Shown here: in pieces, positions 35,970 to 45,723 of the stretch
How the letters are laid out: every line of letters begins with the position of its first letter
How positions within the stretch are numbered: position 1 is the stretch's first letter
DNA from: Alphaproteobacteria bacterium
Lineage (GTDB): Bacteria > Pseudomonadota > Alphaproteobacteria > UBA6615
Assembly (NCBI GenBank): GCA_002722515.1
Contig: PBMH01000042.1
Coordinates: 2,346-66,345, forward strand
Direction of reading: 5' to 3'
Length of the DNA: 64,000 bases
Notes under the pieces: model-generated
What the model was told of the DNA's origin: nothing
What the model saw: only the letters and a program-made list of their open reading frames with translations
The model's database searches: none
Translations under genes and position numbers: made by a program

Positions 35970-35988
35970 TACTGGCTCGTTGCCAGTA
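35970..35988. promoter_or_regulatory. Inverted repeat TACTGGC-N5-GCCAGTA in a divergent promoter region
   Basis: Perfect 7-bp arms, read directly. It lies between the SDR start (35939, minus) and the enoyl-CoA hydratase start (36028, plus). Confidence 0.4.
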
Positions 35989-36027
35989 AGTTTATGGATC
36001 CGTTGGATGAAATCGGAAACCTATCCT

Positions 36028-36813
36028 ATGACCACCATTCTAGTAGACAAGCAGGGGGCCATCGCAACCCTCACACTTAATCGCCCCGACGTGTTAAACG
36101 CCCTCAATCGGGACATGGCCCTCGAACTTAATGCAGCCGTCGAGGATGTGGCCAATGATGACGAGGTTCGGGCAGTGATCCTGCGTGGCGCGGGCCGAGG
36201 CTTTATGGCCGGGGGAGACGTCGCCACCTTTCACAAGAACATCAACACAATCAAAGAAACGATTGATGATCTGATTGGCCTTTACCATAAGGCCGTCATC
36301 GGACTCTCGGCCATGCCGAAACCGGTCGTTGCGGCCATACACGGGCCAGTCGCCGGCGCCGGCGTGGGAATGGCTCTGAACGCAGATATCGGGATCGCAG
36401 CAGATAATGCGGTCTTCACCATGGCTTATATCGGAATTGCCACCATCCCGGATGGCGGGTCCACCTATCTGCTTCCGCGCATCATCGGACGACGTAAGGC
36501 GCTCGAACTAGCCATGCTCAACGAGCCCATCGATGCCGTGACGGCGTTAAATCTCGGACTGGTCAATCGGGTGGTACCGGCCGAAGAGCTCGAAGGCGAA
36601 ACTATGGCGATGGCGGAACGCTTCGCGAAGGGACCGACAGCTGCATATGCGAACACAAAGGCCCTCATAAATCAAAGCTTCGAGGCCGAGAACATGACAG
36701 CCCATCTGTCAGCCGAGCACGCAGCATTTCTGCGCTGTGCGGGAACGGGCGACTTCGCAGAAGGTGTGGCCGCGTTCGTCGAGAAGCGCCACCCCGGATT
36801 CAAAGGCGACTAA
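36028..36813 (+). CDS. Enoyl-CoA hydratase/isomerase
   Basis: LTLNRPDVLNALN, GAGRGFMAGGD and HGPVAGAG. The true start is the internal ATG at 36028. The upstream part of the 445-aa track ORF is antisense to the SDR gene. Confidence 0.85.
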   Translation: MTTILVDKQGAIATLTLNRPDVLNALNRDMALELNAAVEDVANDDEVRAVILRGAGRGFMAGGDVATFHKNINTIKETIDDLIGLYHKAVIGLSAMPKPVVAAIHGPVAGAGVGMALNADIGIAADNAVFTMAYIGIATIPDGGSTYLLPRIIGRRKALELAMLNEPIDAVTALNLGLVNRVVPAEELEGETMAMAERFAKGPTAAYANTKALINQSFEAENMTAHLSAEHAAFLRCAGTGDFAEGVAAFVEKRHPGFKGD

Positions 36814-36815
36814 AA

Positions 36816-37280
36816 GTGTCACCGCCGTGCATTTCGGGATTCACACGCCACGATGCACAGCAAGTGCTCGATACGGTTATGACGCCATGGCTCGATGAGC
36901 TCGGCATGCAAGTTGATGAGGTTACGGAGAACGGCGCAGTCATCCGCCTGCCTTGGCATGAACGAATTTCGCGCGACGGCGGGCTAGTCACCGGACAAGC
37001 GTTGATGTCGTTCGCGGATGCCGCGATGGTGGTAGTAATTTCATCGGCTATTGGCGGCTTTCACAAAATGGCCACTGTCGACATGACAACAACATTCTTG
37101 GCCCCTGCCTACAACACCGACATCATCGCACACGGCGAGATTTTGCGGCGCGGCAAGCGGCTGGTTTACGGACGCATTGACCTCGAGACCGCCGGAGATA
37201 GAATGCCGGTCGCTCTCATCCAAACGACTTGGGCTCTGCTCGGTGAGCCTCCAGGACAATCGAGCAATTTAACTACCTAG
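36816..37280 (+). CDS. PaaI-type hotdog-fold thioesterase
   Basis: GGLVTGQALMSFADAA...TVDMTTTFLAP...GRIDL pattern. GTG start 2 nt after the crotonase stop. Confidence 0.7.
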   Translation: MSPPCISGFTRHDAQQVLDTVMTPWLDELGMQVDEVTENGAVIRLPWHERISRDGGLVTGQALMSFADAAMVVVISSAIGGFHKMATVDMTTTFLAPAYNTDIIAHGEILRRGKRLVYGRIDLETAGDRMPVALIQTTWALLGEPPGQSSNLTT

Positions 37281-38302
37281 CCAATACGCATAAGCGCAGC
37301 AGCCGTACCTCCAAGAATTTTCTTGCGCTCGGCGGCCGTCAGCTTCGTGGTGCTCTCGACGAACGCTACCGGCTCAAACTCCTGCATATCGAAGGGGTAG
37401 TCGGTTCCCATCATAACTCGGTCAACACCAACCATATCGACTAGATATTGGAGCTGGTCGGGTCTGAATACCACGGTGTCGTAATATAGTTCGCCGAGGT
37501 ACTCACTCGGTGGCCGGCTGATCTTGTCACGTAGTTCCGGACGATACTCCCAGCTATGGTCCATTCGCCCAGCGTAGTAGGGAAAATACCCGCCGCCATG
37601 CGCGATACAAATCTTGATGCCGGGATGGCGATCAAGAACGCCTCCGAAAATAAGATGTGTGACCGCTATCTGCTCCTCGAGCGGCTGGCCAACACAGTTA
37701 TGCATGAAAAAGGGCCGCAGACGTGCCCCATCTGTGAAACCAAACGGATGCAGAAAGAGCGGCACGTCGAGCGCAACAGCCTCGGCATAGACTAGGTCGA
37801 AGCGTTCATCCGACAACTCCACACCGTCGATATTGGTGGATAGGATGAAAGCGCGGATATCGAGTTCCTTCACCGCACGGCGCATTTCGGCAACGGATGC
37901 TGCCGTATCCTGCAACGGCAGAGTCCCCATGGCGGCGAAGCGACCAGGATTACCTGAAACAAGCTGCGATACGTCATCATTCTGCACGCGGGCCAGCTCA
38001 TTTCCGAGCTCCGGATCGGTCCAATAGTAGAACTGAATCGGCACGGGGCTGACGATCTGCATATCTACCTTAGTTCCATCCATATCAGCTTCGCGCGGCT
38101 TCAGATCAATCATCTTCGGCACGAGGCTTGGTATGTTCTCGTTATCAACCGACATCGACGTCGGGTGAGCATAGAACATGTAGGGGTCTCGGCTCGGATC
38201 CAGAATTTCCTCGGGTTTATAATGCTTGTCCATCAGCGCCTTCGCCGATGGCGAGAACACATGACAGTGCATATCGATTGCAACAATTTCGTCAGTGGTC
38301 AT
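37277..38302 (-). CDS. Amidohydrolase_2 family protein (ACMSD / LigW / LigJ-like decarboxylase or hydratase)
   Basis: AIDMHCHVF metal-binding HxH, CIAHGGG and MGTDYPFD. ATG at 38302 follows GGGGAGGA. Confidence 0.8.
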   Translation of the reverse strand: MTTDEIVAIDMHCHVFSPSAKALMDKHYKPEEILDPSRDPYMFYAHPTSMSVDNENIPSLVPKMIDLKPREADMDGTKVDMQIVSPVPIQFYYWTDPELGNELARVQNDDVSQLVSGNPGRFAAMGTLPLQDTAASVAEMRRAVKELDIRAFILSTNIDGVELSDERFDLVYAEAVALDVPLFLHPFGFTDGARLRPFFMHNCVGQPLEEQIAVTHLIFGGVLDRHPGIKICIAHGGGYFPYYAGRMDHSWEYRPELRDKISRPPSEYLGELYYDTVVFRPDQLQYLVDMVGVDRVMMGTDYPFDMQEFEPVAFVESTTKLTAAERKKILGGTAAALMRIG

Positions 38303-38374
38303 ATTTTCCTCCCCGTATTTATCCGACCATTTGATCGGTTGCGGCAAAGCTTAACACCGTCCGCACAAAGCGAA

Positions 38375-38399
38375 AGGGCGGTGGCATACCCACCGCCCT
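38375..38399 (-). terminator. Intrinsic-terminator-like hairpin after dctM
   Basis: Perfect 10-bp GC-rich stem agggcggtgg / ccaccgccct with a 5-nt loop. On the minus strand it is followed by TTCGCTTTGT. Confidence 0.5.
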
Positions 38400-38429
38400 C
38401 TCCAAACAAGATTACCTCTCGATGGTCGG

Positions 38430-39767
38430 CTATCTAAATGATCTCTTAAGGTCGACTAGCGCCAGCGGGATTTCTGGGAAGATCATCACCAGGATCAGGA
38501 CGAACAGCATAACGAGCGCGAACGGTGCAGCACCGATGAAGATGTCCGCCAGCGATATATCCTTCTGAACCAGGGTCGACTTGATCACATAGACCGCCAG
38601 CCCCAGCGGGGGAGTTAGCAGCCCTATCTCAACTGCAATAACCGTCACGACACCGAACCAAACGAGATCGATGTTGAATGGTGCCAAGACCACGAGGAAC
38701 AGCGGCACCGCTATAAGCATGATTGAGACGGAGTCGATAATGGTACCCAGAATAATCAGGATAACTACATACAAGATCATTAACTGCGCAAAGCTGGCAT
38801 TCATTTCACCTATCACATTGCCGAGTTCGGTAGGCAGGCCGGAAATGCCAAGCATGCGCGAGTACATGCTCGCTGCGATGATAAGGAAGAGAAGGGTCGC
38901 AGTGATATGGCCCGTCTCTACCAATACATCCCAAAGTTTGCGCGGGGTAATCTGCTTGCGCATCAGCGCAAAGAGAAATGCGACAAAAGCCCCCGCGGCT
39001 CCCGCCTCAGTAGGCGTATACAAACCAGCATAGATACCGCCGAGAACGACGAGCACGAGGATAACGATAGGATAGGTCTTCGCGAACAACTCCCCGGATG
39101 GCATTTTCTTCTGGTCCATGTGCTGATCAAGCGCCCCTGGCTCCGCCACTACGCCGGGAAAACCATAGGCCATGATCGCAATCAGGACACAGAAGCAGAA
39201 TGTCAGAAGAACGCCAGGGCCAATGCCGGCGATGAACAAATCACCAACCGATTCTTCTGCTATTAGCGCAAAGATGATTAATAAGATCGACGGCGGGATG
39301 AGCATGCCAAGAACTGATGAACCCGCGACGGTGCCGACTGCGAATCGACCCTTATAGCCGTAGCGCAACATCTCGGGCACCGAGATACGGGTGAATACCG
39401 TCGCCGACGCAATAGAAACTCCTGTGATTGCCGCAAAGATCGCATTCGCAATCACAGTCGCCATGCCCAGCCCACCACGTACACGCCGCAGGGCATTCTG
39501 GGCGATATCGTAGGTGTCACGCCCCATACCTGCCGTACTGACAAGGAGTCCCATCAGAACAAACAAAGGAATGACGCCGAAGAGGAAATCCGCAACGGTT
39601 TTCGCTGCTGATATCCAGAGCAGGCTGATCGCGATCTTGACATTGCCCTTAATAATCCAGACCCCGACAAACGAGATCAGGGCTAGCACGACAGGAACAT
39701 GCATGCCGATATATATCAGCAGCAACATGGCGATTATGGAGATAATGCCAATCTCGAAACCGGTCAT
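38430..39767 (-). CDS. dctM: TRAP transporter large permease
   Basis: 445 aa, polytopic, with a 4-nt overlap with the small-permease gene. Confidence 0.9.
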   Translation of the reverse strand: MTGFEIGIISIIAMLLLIYIGMHVPVVLALISFVGVWIIKGNVKIAISLLWISAAKTVADFLFGVIPLFVLMGLLVSTAGMGRDTYDIAQNALRRVRGGLGMATVIANAIFAAITGVSIASATVFTRISVPEMLRYGYKGRFAVGTVAGSSVLGMLIPPSILLIIFALIAEESVGDLFIAGIGPGVLLTFCFCVLIAIMAYGFPGVVAEPGALDQHMDQKKMPSGELFAKTYPIVILVLVVLGGIYAGLYTPTEAGAAGAFVAFLFALMRKQITPRKLWDVLVETGHITATLLFLIIAASMYSRMLGISGLPTELGNVIGEMNASFAQLMILYVVILIILGTIIDSVSIMLIAVPLFLVVLAPFNIDLVWFGVVTVIAVEIGLLTPPLGLAVYVIKSTLVQKDISLADIFIGAAPFALVMLFVLILVMIFPEIPLALVDLKRSFR

Positions 39768-40372
39768 CTCTCGGTCTCCTCAATGGCTGCCACTTCCACG
39801 TCGACGGCCTCCTCATGTTCGAGCGGGGCTCTACCGAACAGCCCACGAATATTGTCCACGATGGCCAGGAAGAACTGGATACCGAGAAGTGTGCAGCCGA
39901 CTACCAATGCCAGCCGCTGCGGCCATTCCGGAAATGTGAAAACCCCTGTATTCCCGACAAAATGCCCGCCGTGATAGGCTTGCAGCCACTTTGGCCACCC
40001 CCCAATGACTATCGCCACCATCAGGCCAACTCCGGCCAAGTGAAACAGAATACCGAGGATGTTACCGATGGGCGGCCATTTGATCAGGACACGGCCATAG
40101 AGCGCATCCGACCGGGTAATACGTCCCACCTTCAACGTATGTGCCAACTGAAGATAGAGGATCGTGACGATCGAAATCTCAACGATTTCGGTTACACCGC
40201 TAAGAGGGGAGTTGAAAACAAACCGCAGCGTGATATCGAGAGTGATCAACAACATCAGGATAAAAATCCAACCCGACGCCACAGCGTTGCTTACCAGAAC
40301 GATCCAGTCGAATACTCTTCGAAGGACGTCCAGAATTCCGATAATTGCGCTCAATGGAAGTCGGGGAGCCAC
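39764..40372 (-). CDS. dctQ: TRAP transporter small permease
   Basis: 202 aa with 4 TM segments, positioned between the binding protein and DctM. Confidence 0.8.
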   Translation of the reverse strand: MAPRLPLSAIIGILDVLRRVFDWIVLVSNAVASGWIFILMLLITLDITLRFVFNSPLSGVTEIVEISIVTILYLQLAHTLKVGRITRSDALYGRVLIKWPPIGNILGILFHLAGVGLMVAIVIGGWPKWLQAYHGGHFVGNTGVFTFPEWPQRLALVVGCTLLGIQFFLAIVDNIRGLFGRAPLEHEEAVDVEVAAIEETER

Positions 40373-40432
40373 CTTGCGGCGGCTCCCCTCCCTATTTCAT
40401 ATTGATGTCTGTTTAAGATACTCGCGAATTGT

Positions 40433-41524
40433 CTATTCGCGATCCCACTGACGAGCAATCGGCTGGTTGTTAGCGCGCATCTCGTCCATCCAGGCCTTAA
40501 GAATCTCGGTGCCAGGCTGACCAGCTTTATTTCGCTGCTCTGCCCACTGCTTGCCCAAGGGCGGAAGGGCTTTGGCCCAAGCATTCCGCTGCGCAGTCGA
40601 GGCCTTAGTCACCTTAGTGCCGAATTCCTTCTCACAGCGCGCGAGACCCCATTTTGCACCGCCATTCACACGCTTGACATTTTCTTCAACCCAAGCCGAA
40701 GTCGAGGCCTGAAGTGCTTTCTGCACCTCTTCGGGTAAGCTGTCCCAAACGTCACGGTTCACGTTCAGCGAGAAACCATTCACACCACCGAGGGTCGCAT
40801 CGAATGCGAACGGAGCCGGCTCACAAAGCTTGAACGCCCCTGCGCCCTGGCGCCAGACTATCATTGCCTCATAGATGCCTGTACTCAGGCTGTTGTACGC
40901 GTCCGCAAGGTTCGTCTGCACACCAGCAGCACCGATTGCAAGAACCCACGGAAGGTTAGGGCCAGCCGCACCAACCTTAAGCCCCTTGACCTGGCCAAGG
41001 TCGCTGATCGGCTTCGCTGACCAGAGCATGTAGTTGTCAACCGCACCCGTCGGAGCGAGCGGAACCTGGTTGAATTCGTTAAGCCAAGTCTGGTTGTACT
41101 GCGGGAAAGTGTCCACCATCTTCTGTGTCGTACGACTAATAAGCGCGATGTCATCACTCGTGAACGGCGTCTTGAACGACACATCGTAGAGCGGGACCTT
41201 ATCAGCATGGAAAGCGGTCACGATTACGCCAAGGTCGCCAATACCCGTCTCAACACCTTCAAGCTCACCACGCGGCTTGACGATCTGGCCGCTGATGCCC
41301 TTGTTCCAGTTGATCTTATAGTTACCGGTCTTCGCGAGCGCGGCGTCTACGGCAGGCATATACGCATCAACCAGAGAACCAACCCAGGTTGCAGGCGGTG
41401 GATAACCGGAAATTGCCGTCAGGTTAATTGTTTCCTCACCGACCGCCGGTGCCGATACGGCAACAGTTGCAGTCGCAGCTGCGGCGATGAGCAGCGCTGT
41501 AGACTTAGACATTTTGGACATCAA
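40433..41524 (-). CDS. TRAP transporter substrate-binding protein (DctP-type by gene context)
   Basis: Signal peptide MMSKMSKSTALLIAAAATATVAVSAPA, about 360 aa, and the first gene of a P-Q-M arrangement. Confidence 0.75.
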   Translation of the reverse strand: MMSKMSKSTALLIAAAATATVAVSAPAVGEETINLTAISGYPPPATWVGSLVDAYMPAVDAALAKTGNYKINWNKGISGQIVKPRGELEGVETGIGDLGVIVTAFHADKVPLYDVSFKTPFTSDDIALISRTTQKMVDTFPQYNQTWLNEFNQVPLAPTGAVDNYMLWSAKPISDLGQVKGLKVGAAGPNLPWVLAIGAAGVQTNLADAYNSLSTGIYEAMIVWRQGAGAFKLCEPAPFAFDATLGGVNGFSLNVNRDVWDSLPEEVQKALQASTSAWVEENVKRVNGGAKWGLARCEKEFGTKVTKASTAQRNAWAKALPPLGKQWAEQRNKAGQPGTEILKAWMDEMRANNQPIARQWDRE

Positions 41525-41710
41525 GTCCTCCCTTTTATATTTAAGTTTCCTATAGGACTTTTATAGCCCAACGAAATCTTCTAACAACAAGAGCCCCTTG
41601 TCTATCATGAATTCATAATTGTTTTAGATATGAACAAAACCAGGGGTCTACTTTTACTATAGTCAACATTCTTCGAGATTCCGCGAATATTTCAACTGAT
41701 TAAAGATATA

Positions 41711-41724
41711 TTTCACATATGAAA
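41711..41724. promoter_or_regulatory. Inverted repeat TTTCA-N4-TGAAA upstream of the TRAP operon
   Basis: Read directly in the AT-rich 41525-41795 intergenic region. It has the same arms as the palindrome at 42761. Confidence 0.35.
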
Positions 41725-41795
41725 AACTTAAATCAGTAACGTAATCCACCAGACCGATACAGGGCCAGCTATATGCTGAGAATGTTTCGGCACGG

Positions 41796-42737
41796 TTATT
41801 GGGCGGCCCGAGCCAAAAGAGCCTCGGGACCAAACAATAACTCACGAAGCCAATTCGCCTGCGCGCCCGAGACCTTTTCGAGATGTTCATTGTTTGAGTA
41901 AAGGCTCATGTGATCGACACCTTCCACGATTGCCAATTCCTTGTTGGGACACGGCACCGCATTGAAAACATCAATCTCAAGATCCGCTGAGGTAATATTG
42001 TCGCCCTTGGCGATAGCCATCATGTAAGGCGTCTCGTAGATACGCTTCGCGTAGGGCATCACATCGTACTGCATTAACAGCTCGACCGATTCGAGCGTGT
42101 TTTCGTGGATATGATTTGGTGCCTCGCGTTCTTTAATATCATTAAAGATCGTGCAGACATGCGGGAACGGCCAGGAACTAATCTCGTTGTCCGGATCTGT
42201 TGTGGACATCGCTATCATCTGGCTCGGCTCACCGCGCTGGCGGCCCTCACGATCTTCGAGAATGAGCTTCTGAATGGCTGCGAACTTCCGCTCACCATGG
42301 CAACGCCGCATGGTCGGGAAACCATCAACAACGGGCACTACCGACATTGCAAACTTCACACGTGAATCGAGTGCAGCAACACACACGGCATGTCCGCCGG
42401 AATATGAAATACCCCAAACGCCTATGCGGTCGGTATCGATGTTTTCGAGGGTCTTCGCGTAGCTTACCGCGTTGCGGTAGTCCTCGATCTGATCCCACGG
42501 GTCAATGTGCTGACGCGGCAAACCGTCGCTTTCGCCGAAGCGGCGATAATCGAAAACGAGGCACGCGCAACCGATATCCACAAAATCGTCCGCATAGTAA
42601 GGCATGACGATTTCCTTCACGTAGCACCAGCCACCCGCCATGATTACCAGCGGCGGGTTTTTCGCACCGTCGGGCATGTAGAGGGTACCTCGAACGGTGT
42701 CGCCGCAACTATTGAACTCAATGTCTTGAGTTTGCAT
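41796..42737 (-). CDS. Alpha/beta hydrolase (S15/dienelactone-hydrolase-like)
   Basis: Nucleophile elbow GVWGISYSGG and VEGVDHMSLY histidine region. GGGAGGAG RBS. Confidence 0.75.
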   Translation of the reverse strand: MQTQDIEFNSCGDTVRGTLYMPDGAKNPPLVIMAGGWCYVKEIVMPYYADDFVDIGCACLVFDYRRFGESDGLPRQHIDPWDQIEDYRNAVSYAKTLENIDTDRIGVWGISYSGGHAVCVAALDSRVKFAMSVVPVVDGFPTMRRCHGERKFAAIQKLILEDREGRQRGEPSQMIAMSTTDPDNEISSWPFPHVCTIFNDIKEREAPNHIHENTLESVELLMQYDVMPYAKRIYETPYMMAIAKGDNITSADLEIDVFNAVPCPNKELAIVEGVDHMSLYSNNEHLEKVSGAQANWLRELLFGPEALLARAAQ

Positions 42738-42760
42738 TTGCTCCTCCCATTAAGAGCCAC

Positions 42761-42776
42761 TTTCATATATATGAAA
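42761..42776. promoter_or_regulatory. Perfect 16-bp palindrome TTTCATATATATGAAA
   Basis: Read directly. It lies 24 nt upstream of the hydrolase start codon at 42737. Confidence 0.45.
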
Positions 42777-42865
42777 TATTTTTCTAATGAGTGTACAGGT
42801 TGTCCTTCAACCCTCTCATCTGTCAACCGGACGAACGCGTGCAGCGCTCACCGACCCCTCGTCTC

Positions 42866-44506
42866 CTATTTTGTTTGCAGCTCCCCGGCGACCCTTTCGC
42901 GCAGAACATTCTTTCGGATTTTTCCAGCTGCCGTCCGTGGAAAGGCGTCAATAACCTCGAGCCGTTCTGGGTACTTCTGCTTGGCCATGCCCGTTTCGGC
43001 CAAGAACGCCACAATCCCATTAAGGTCGAGGTTTGCCCCCGACTTTAATACGACAAAGGCGCATCCGGTTTCTCCCATGCGCGGATGAGGCATCGCAACC
43101 ACGGCGACCTCATGGATCGCCGGATGTTCGTGAAGCACATCCTCAACCTCGCGCGGGCTGATATTTTCTCCGCCGCGAATGATAAGGTCCTTCGACCGAC
43201 CCGTAATAACAAGTGCGCCACTCGCATCCAGAATTGCTAAGTCCCCGGTGTGGAAGAAGCCGTCCTCCTCGAACGCATCGGCATTGTGTTCGGCGGCGGC
43301 GTATCCAAGACACATTTCGGGACCGCGCGAGAGAATTTCTCCTTCTACACCAGGCTCAGCATCCCGCCCATTAGCCGGATCAACAATCCTGACCTCATGA
43401 CCGACGATATGTCCCTCAGTCGTCGCGCCCAGCACCTCTTCGCTACGATTATTCACGCCCAATGTGACCGTCGGCGCTTCCGTCGAGCCATAGACCCGTG
43501 AGCACACGCAATTTTCAAAAGCTTGATGAGCGTTATGTATTACTTCTGGCGGCACCGGCGCCCCACCAGAGGGAAAGTAACGAAGGCTAGGCAAGGACCG
43601 GTTTTTTGCCTGGGAGAACAGCGTCAGCTCCTGCAGGAAGACGGTCGCTGCGATCGTAAACGTAACGCTAAACTCGTCTATCAGGTCGCCCGCGACCTCG
43701 GCATCCCAAGTCTCCATGAAGACTGCCGGTGCATTCAGTGTAAATGGCATCTGGATTCCGTAGAGATAGCCTGTGATGTGAGAGACAGGCGACGGCATAA
43801 GGATCACGTCGCGATCGCTTAGACCGAGAAATCCTGAAATTGCTTGGATTTCCGTATCAATTGTATTGTGGCTGTGAAGCACGCCCTTCGGGTGTCCAGT
43901 GGTACCCGAGGTATACATAATTAACTTGACGGCGTTGGGATCAACGTCCGGCGCCACAAACTCCTGCGCCGTACCCTCTGCCATCAGACCCTCGAAAGTC
44001 GTCGCACCCTCGGCCTGACCGCGCACCGTAATTACATGTTCCAGTTCCGGTAACTCCGCCCGATGCCGCGCGATCATATCAGCATAGTCAAACTTGCGGA
44101 ACTTGGTCGGCACGAAGACGGCCTTAGTGCCAGCGTCGCGCAGGATGTAAGACACCTCCGCATCCCGGTAAATCGGAATAATCGGATTACAAACGAGTCC
44201 GAGCATTGTGCAGGCCAGATCAATGACCACCGCCTCGGGCCAGTTCGGCAGTTCGAAGCTCACTACATCCCCGGCGATGAGGCCACGGGCTTGCAGACCG
44301 GTCGCCAGCGCACGTGCCTGCCGGTCCATATCCTCGACAGTATAGCGTGTGTCACCTTCAATATAGAGCACCCGTTTGGGCGTCGTTGCGACCAAGCCCG
44401 CGAGTTCATCGGCGAGCGTCCGGTTGCGCCAGATACCGGAGGCGGTGTTCTCAGCAATCAGCTCGTCTGTAAGCCGTGTTGTCCAGCCACTCGCATCCAG
44501 GCGCAT
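42866..44506 (-). CDS. AMP-dependent acyl-CoA ligase (cyclohexanecarboxylate-CoA-ligase-like)
   Basis: YTSGTTGHPKG, TGD and GRSKD motifs. ATG at 44506 follows GGAGGAAGG. The longer track ORF would overlap the upstream ACAD gene. Confidence 0.85.
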   Translation of the reverse strand: MRLDASGWTTRLTDELIAENTASGIWRNRTLADELAGLVATTPKRVLYIEGDTRYTVEDMDRQARALATGLQARGLIAGDVVSFELPNWPEAVVIDLACTMLGLVCNPIIPIYRDAEVSYILRDAGTKAVFVPTKFRKFDYADMIARHRAELPELEHVITVRGQAEGATTFEGLMAEGTAQEFVAPDVDPNAVKLIMYTSGTTGHPKGVLHSHNTIDTEIQAISGFLGLSDRDVILMPSPVSHITGYLYGIQMPFTLNAPAVFMETWDAEVAGDLIDEFSVTFTIAATVFLQELTLFSQAKNRSLPSLRYFPSGGAPVPPEVIHNAHQAFENCVCSRVYGSTEAPTVTLGVNNRSEEVLGATTEGHIVGHEVRIVDPANGRDAEPGVEGEILSRGPEMCLGYAAAEHNADAFEEDGFFHTGDLAILDASGALVITGRSKDLIIRGGENISPREVEDVLHEHPAIHEVAVVAMPHPRMGETGCAFVVLKSGANLDLNGIVAFLAETGMAKQKYPERLEVIDAFPRTAAGKIRKNVLRERVAGELQTK

Positions 44507-44537
44507 TCGTCCTTCCTCCGATATCGTGGTAAGACCG

Positions 44538-45719
44538 CTACTCGCGCGCCAGTCGCAGTCTGTTTGCAATGTTGTTCTTCTGTATGGCGGAAGACCCGCC
44601 AATGATCGGCATCAATAGCGCCTCACGTACATAGCGCTCCATATCAAACTCCTTGATGTAGCCATAAGCACCCATCACCTGTTGACAGGTCAGCACGATC
44701 TCCTTGGTTACGTCGCTGACATAGAGTTTTGCCATCGATGTCTCGACCGAGGCCGGTTTCTTTTCGTCCAGAAGCCAAGCCGCGTGATAGGTCATTAGTC
44801 GGCAAGCATGCAGCCGCGTCTTGCAGTCGACCAGCATGTGCCGAACGGACTGGTAAGCCGAGACCGGCTTACCAAACTGTTTGCGCTCCTGAGCGTATTC
44901 CCACGCATCGTCGACTGCGGCTACGGCATTGCCTAGCGCAAGGGCCGCTACCTCAATTTTCTCTACATCAAGCCCGGGGCCGACGATCCGCCGCCATCCA
45001 TCGTTCCAGCCACCGTCGCCCCCGACGATATTCTCGGCAGGCACCTCGACATCCTCAAATGTTACATCACAGGTGGACGCGCCCTTCATGCCCATAGAGT
45101 TCTGTAATTCGACGGTCACACCAGGGGCGTCTGGCGGTATAAGGACAATCGATAAGTTCTGGTAACGCTCCGCTTCGGGATCGCTCTTGACCACGGTGTA
45201 GATATAGTCGGCAATGTTTGCACCCGAACAGAAACGCTTAGAACCATTTATCACCAGCGTCGCACCGTTGCCCTTGCGCACCGCGCTGGTGCGCACACTG
45301 GCAACATCCGCTCCGACATCAGGTTCCGATATCCCATAGGCGAACAACAATTCCCCATTAGCGAGCTTTGGCAACAGTTCGCGCTTTTGCTCGTCGCTGC
45401 CCACCTCCTCGATGTTCATACCGCCATAGCAGGCGCACATAATGTAGGGGACCGCCACCGACATGGACCGCCGGGCGAGTTCCTCAATCACGACCATTGT
45501 TGCGGTGATATCCCGGCCCGCACCGCCGAACTCCTCAGGTACGGTCAACCCGTTCACCCCAAGCGCCGAAAGCTTATCGAATATCTCTCGCGGGAACTGA
45601 TTTTCACGATCCCATTTCTGAGCCAGAGCACGCGGCATTTCGTTCTCAACAAAACGCCGCACTGTATCTCGCAGCATGGTTACGTGCTCTTCCTCCTGGA
45701 AATGGTCCATCGCTCCCAC
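44538..45719 (-). CDS. Acyl-CoA dehydrogenase
   Basis: 393 aa, ACAD fold throughout: FGGAG, SEPDVGAD, QVMGAYGY. Confidence 0.9.
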   Translation of the reverse strand: MGAMDHFQEEEHVTMLRDTVRRFVENEMPRALAQKWDRENQFPREIFDKLSALGVNGLTVPEEFGGAGRDITATMVVIEELARRSMSVAVPYIMCACYGGMNIEEVGSDEQKRELLPKLANGELLFAYGISEPDVGADVASVRTSAVRKGNGATLVINGSKRFCSGANIADYIYTVVKSDPEAERYQNLSIVLIPPDAPGVTVELQNSMGMKGASTCDVTFEDVEVPAENIVGGDGGWNDGWRRIVGPGLDVEKIEVAALALGNAVAAVDDAWEYAQERKQFGKPVSAYQSVRHMLVDCKTRLHACRLMTYHAAWLLDEKKPASVETSMAKLYVSDVTKEIVLTCQQVMGAYGYIKEFDMERYVREALLMPIIGGSSAIQKNNIANRLRLARE

Positions 45720-45723
45720 TCGC

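Noticed and set aside
35476-36813. 445-aa plus-strand ORF that appears to fuse a long N-terminal region to the enoyl-CoA hydratase.
   Set aside because: The first ~184 codons are antisense to the SDR gene (35169-35939) and low in complexity. The crotonase fold begins at the internal ATG at 36028.
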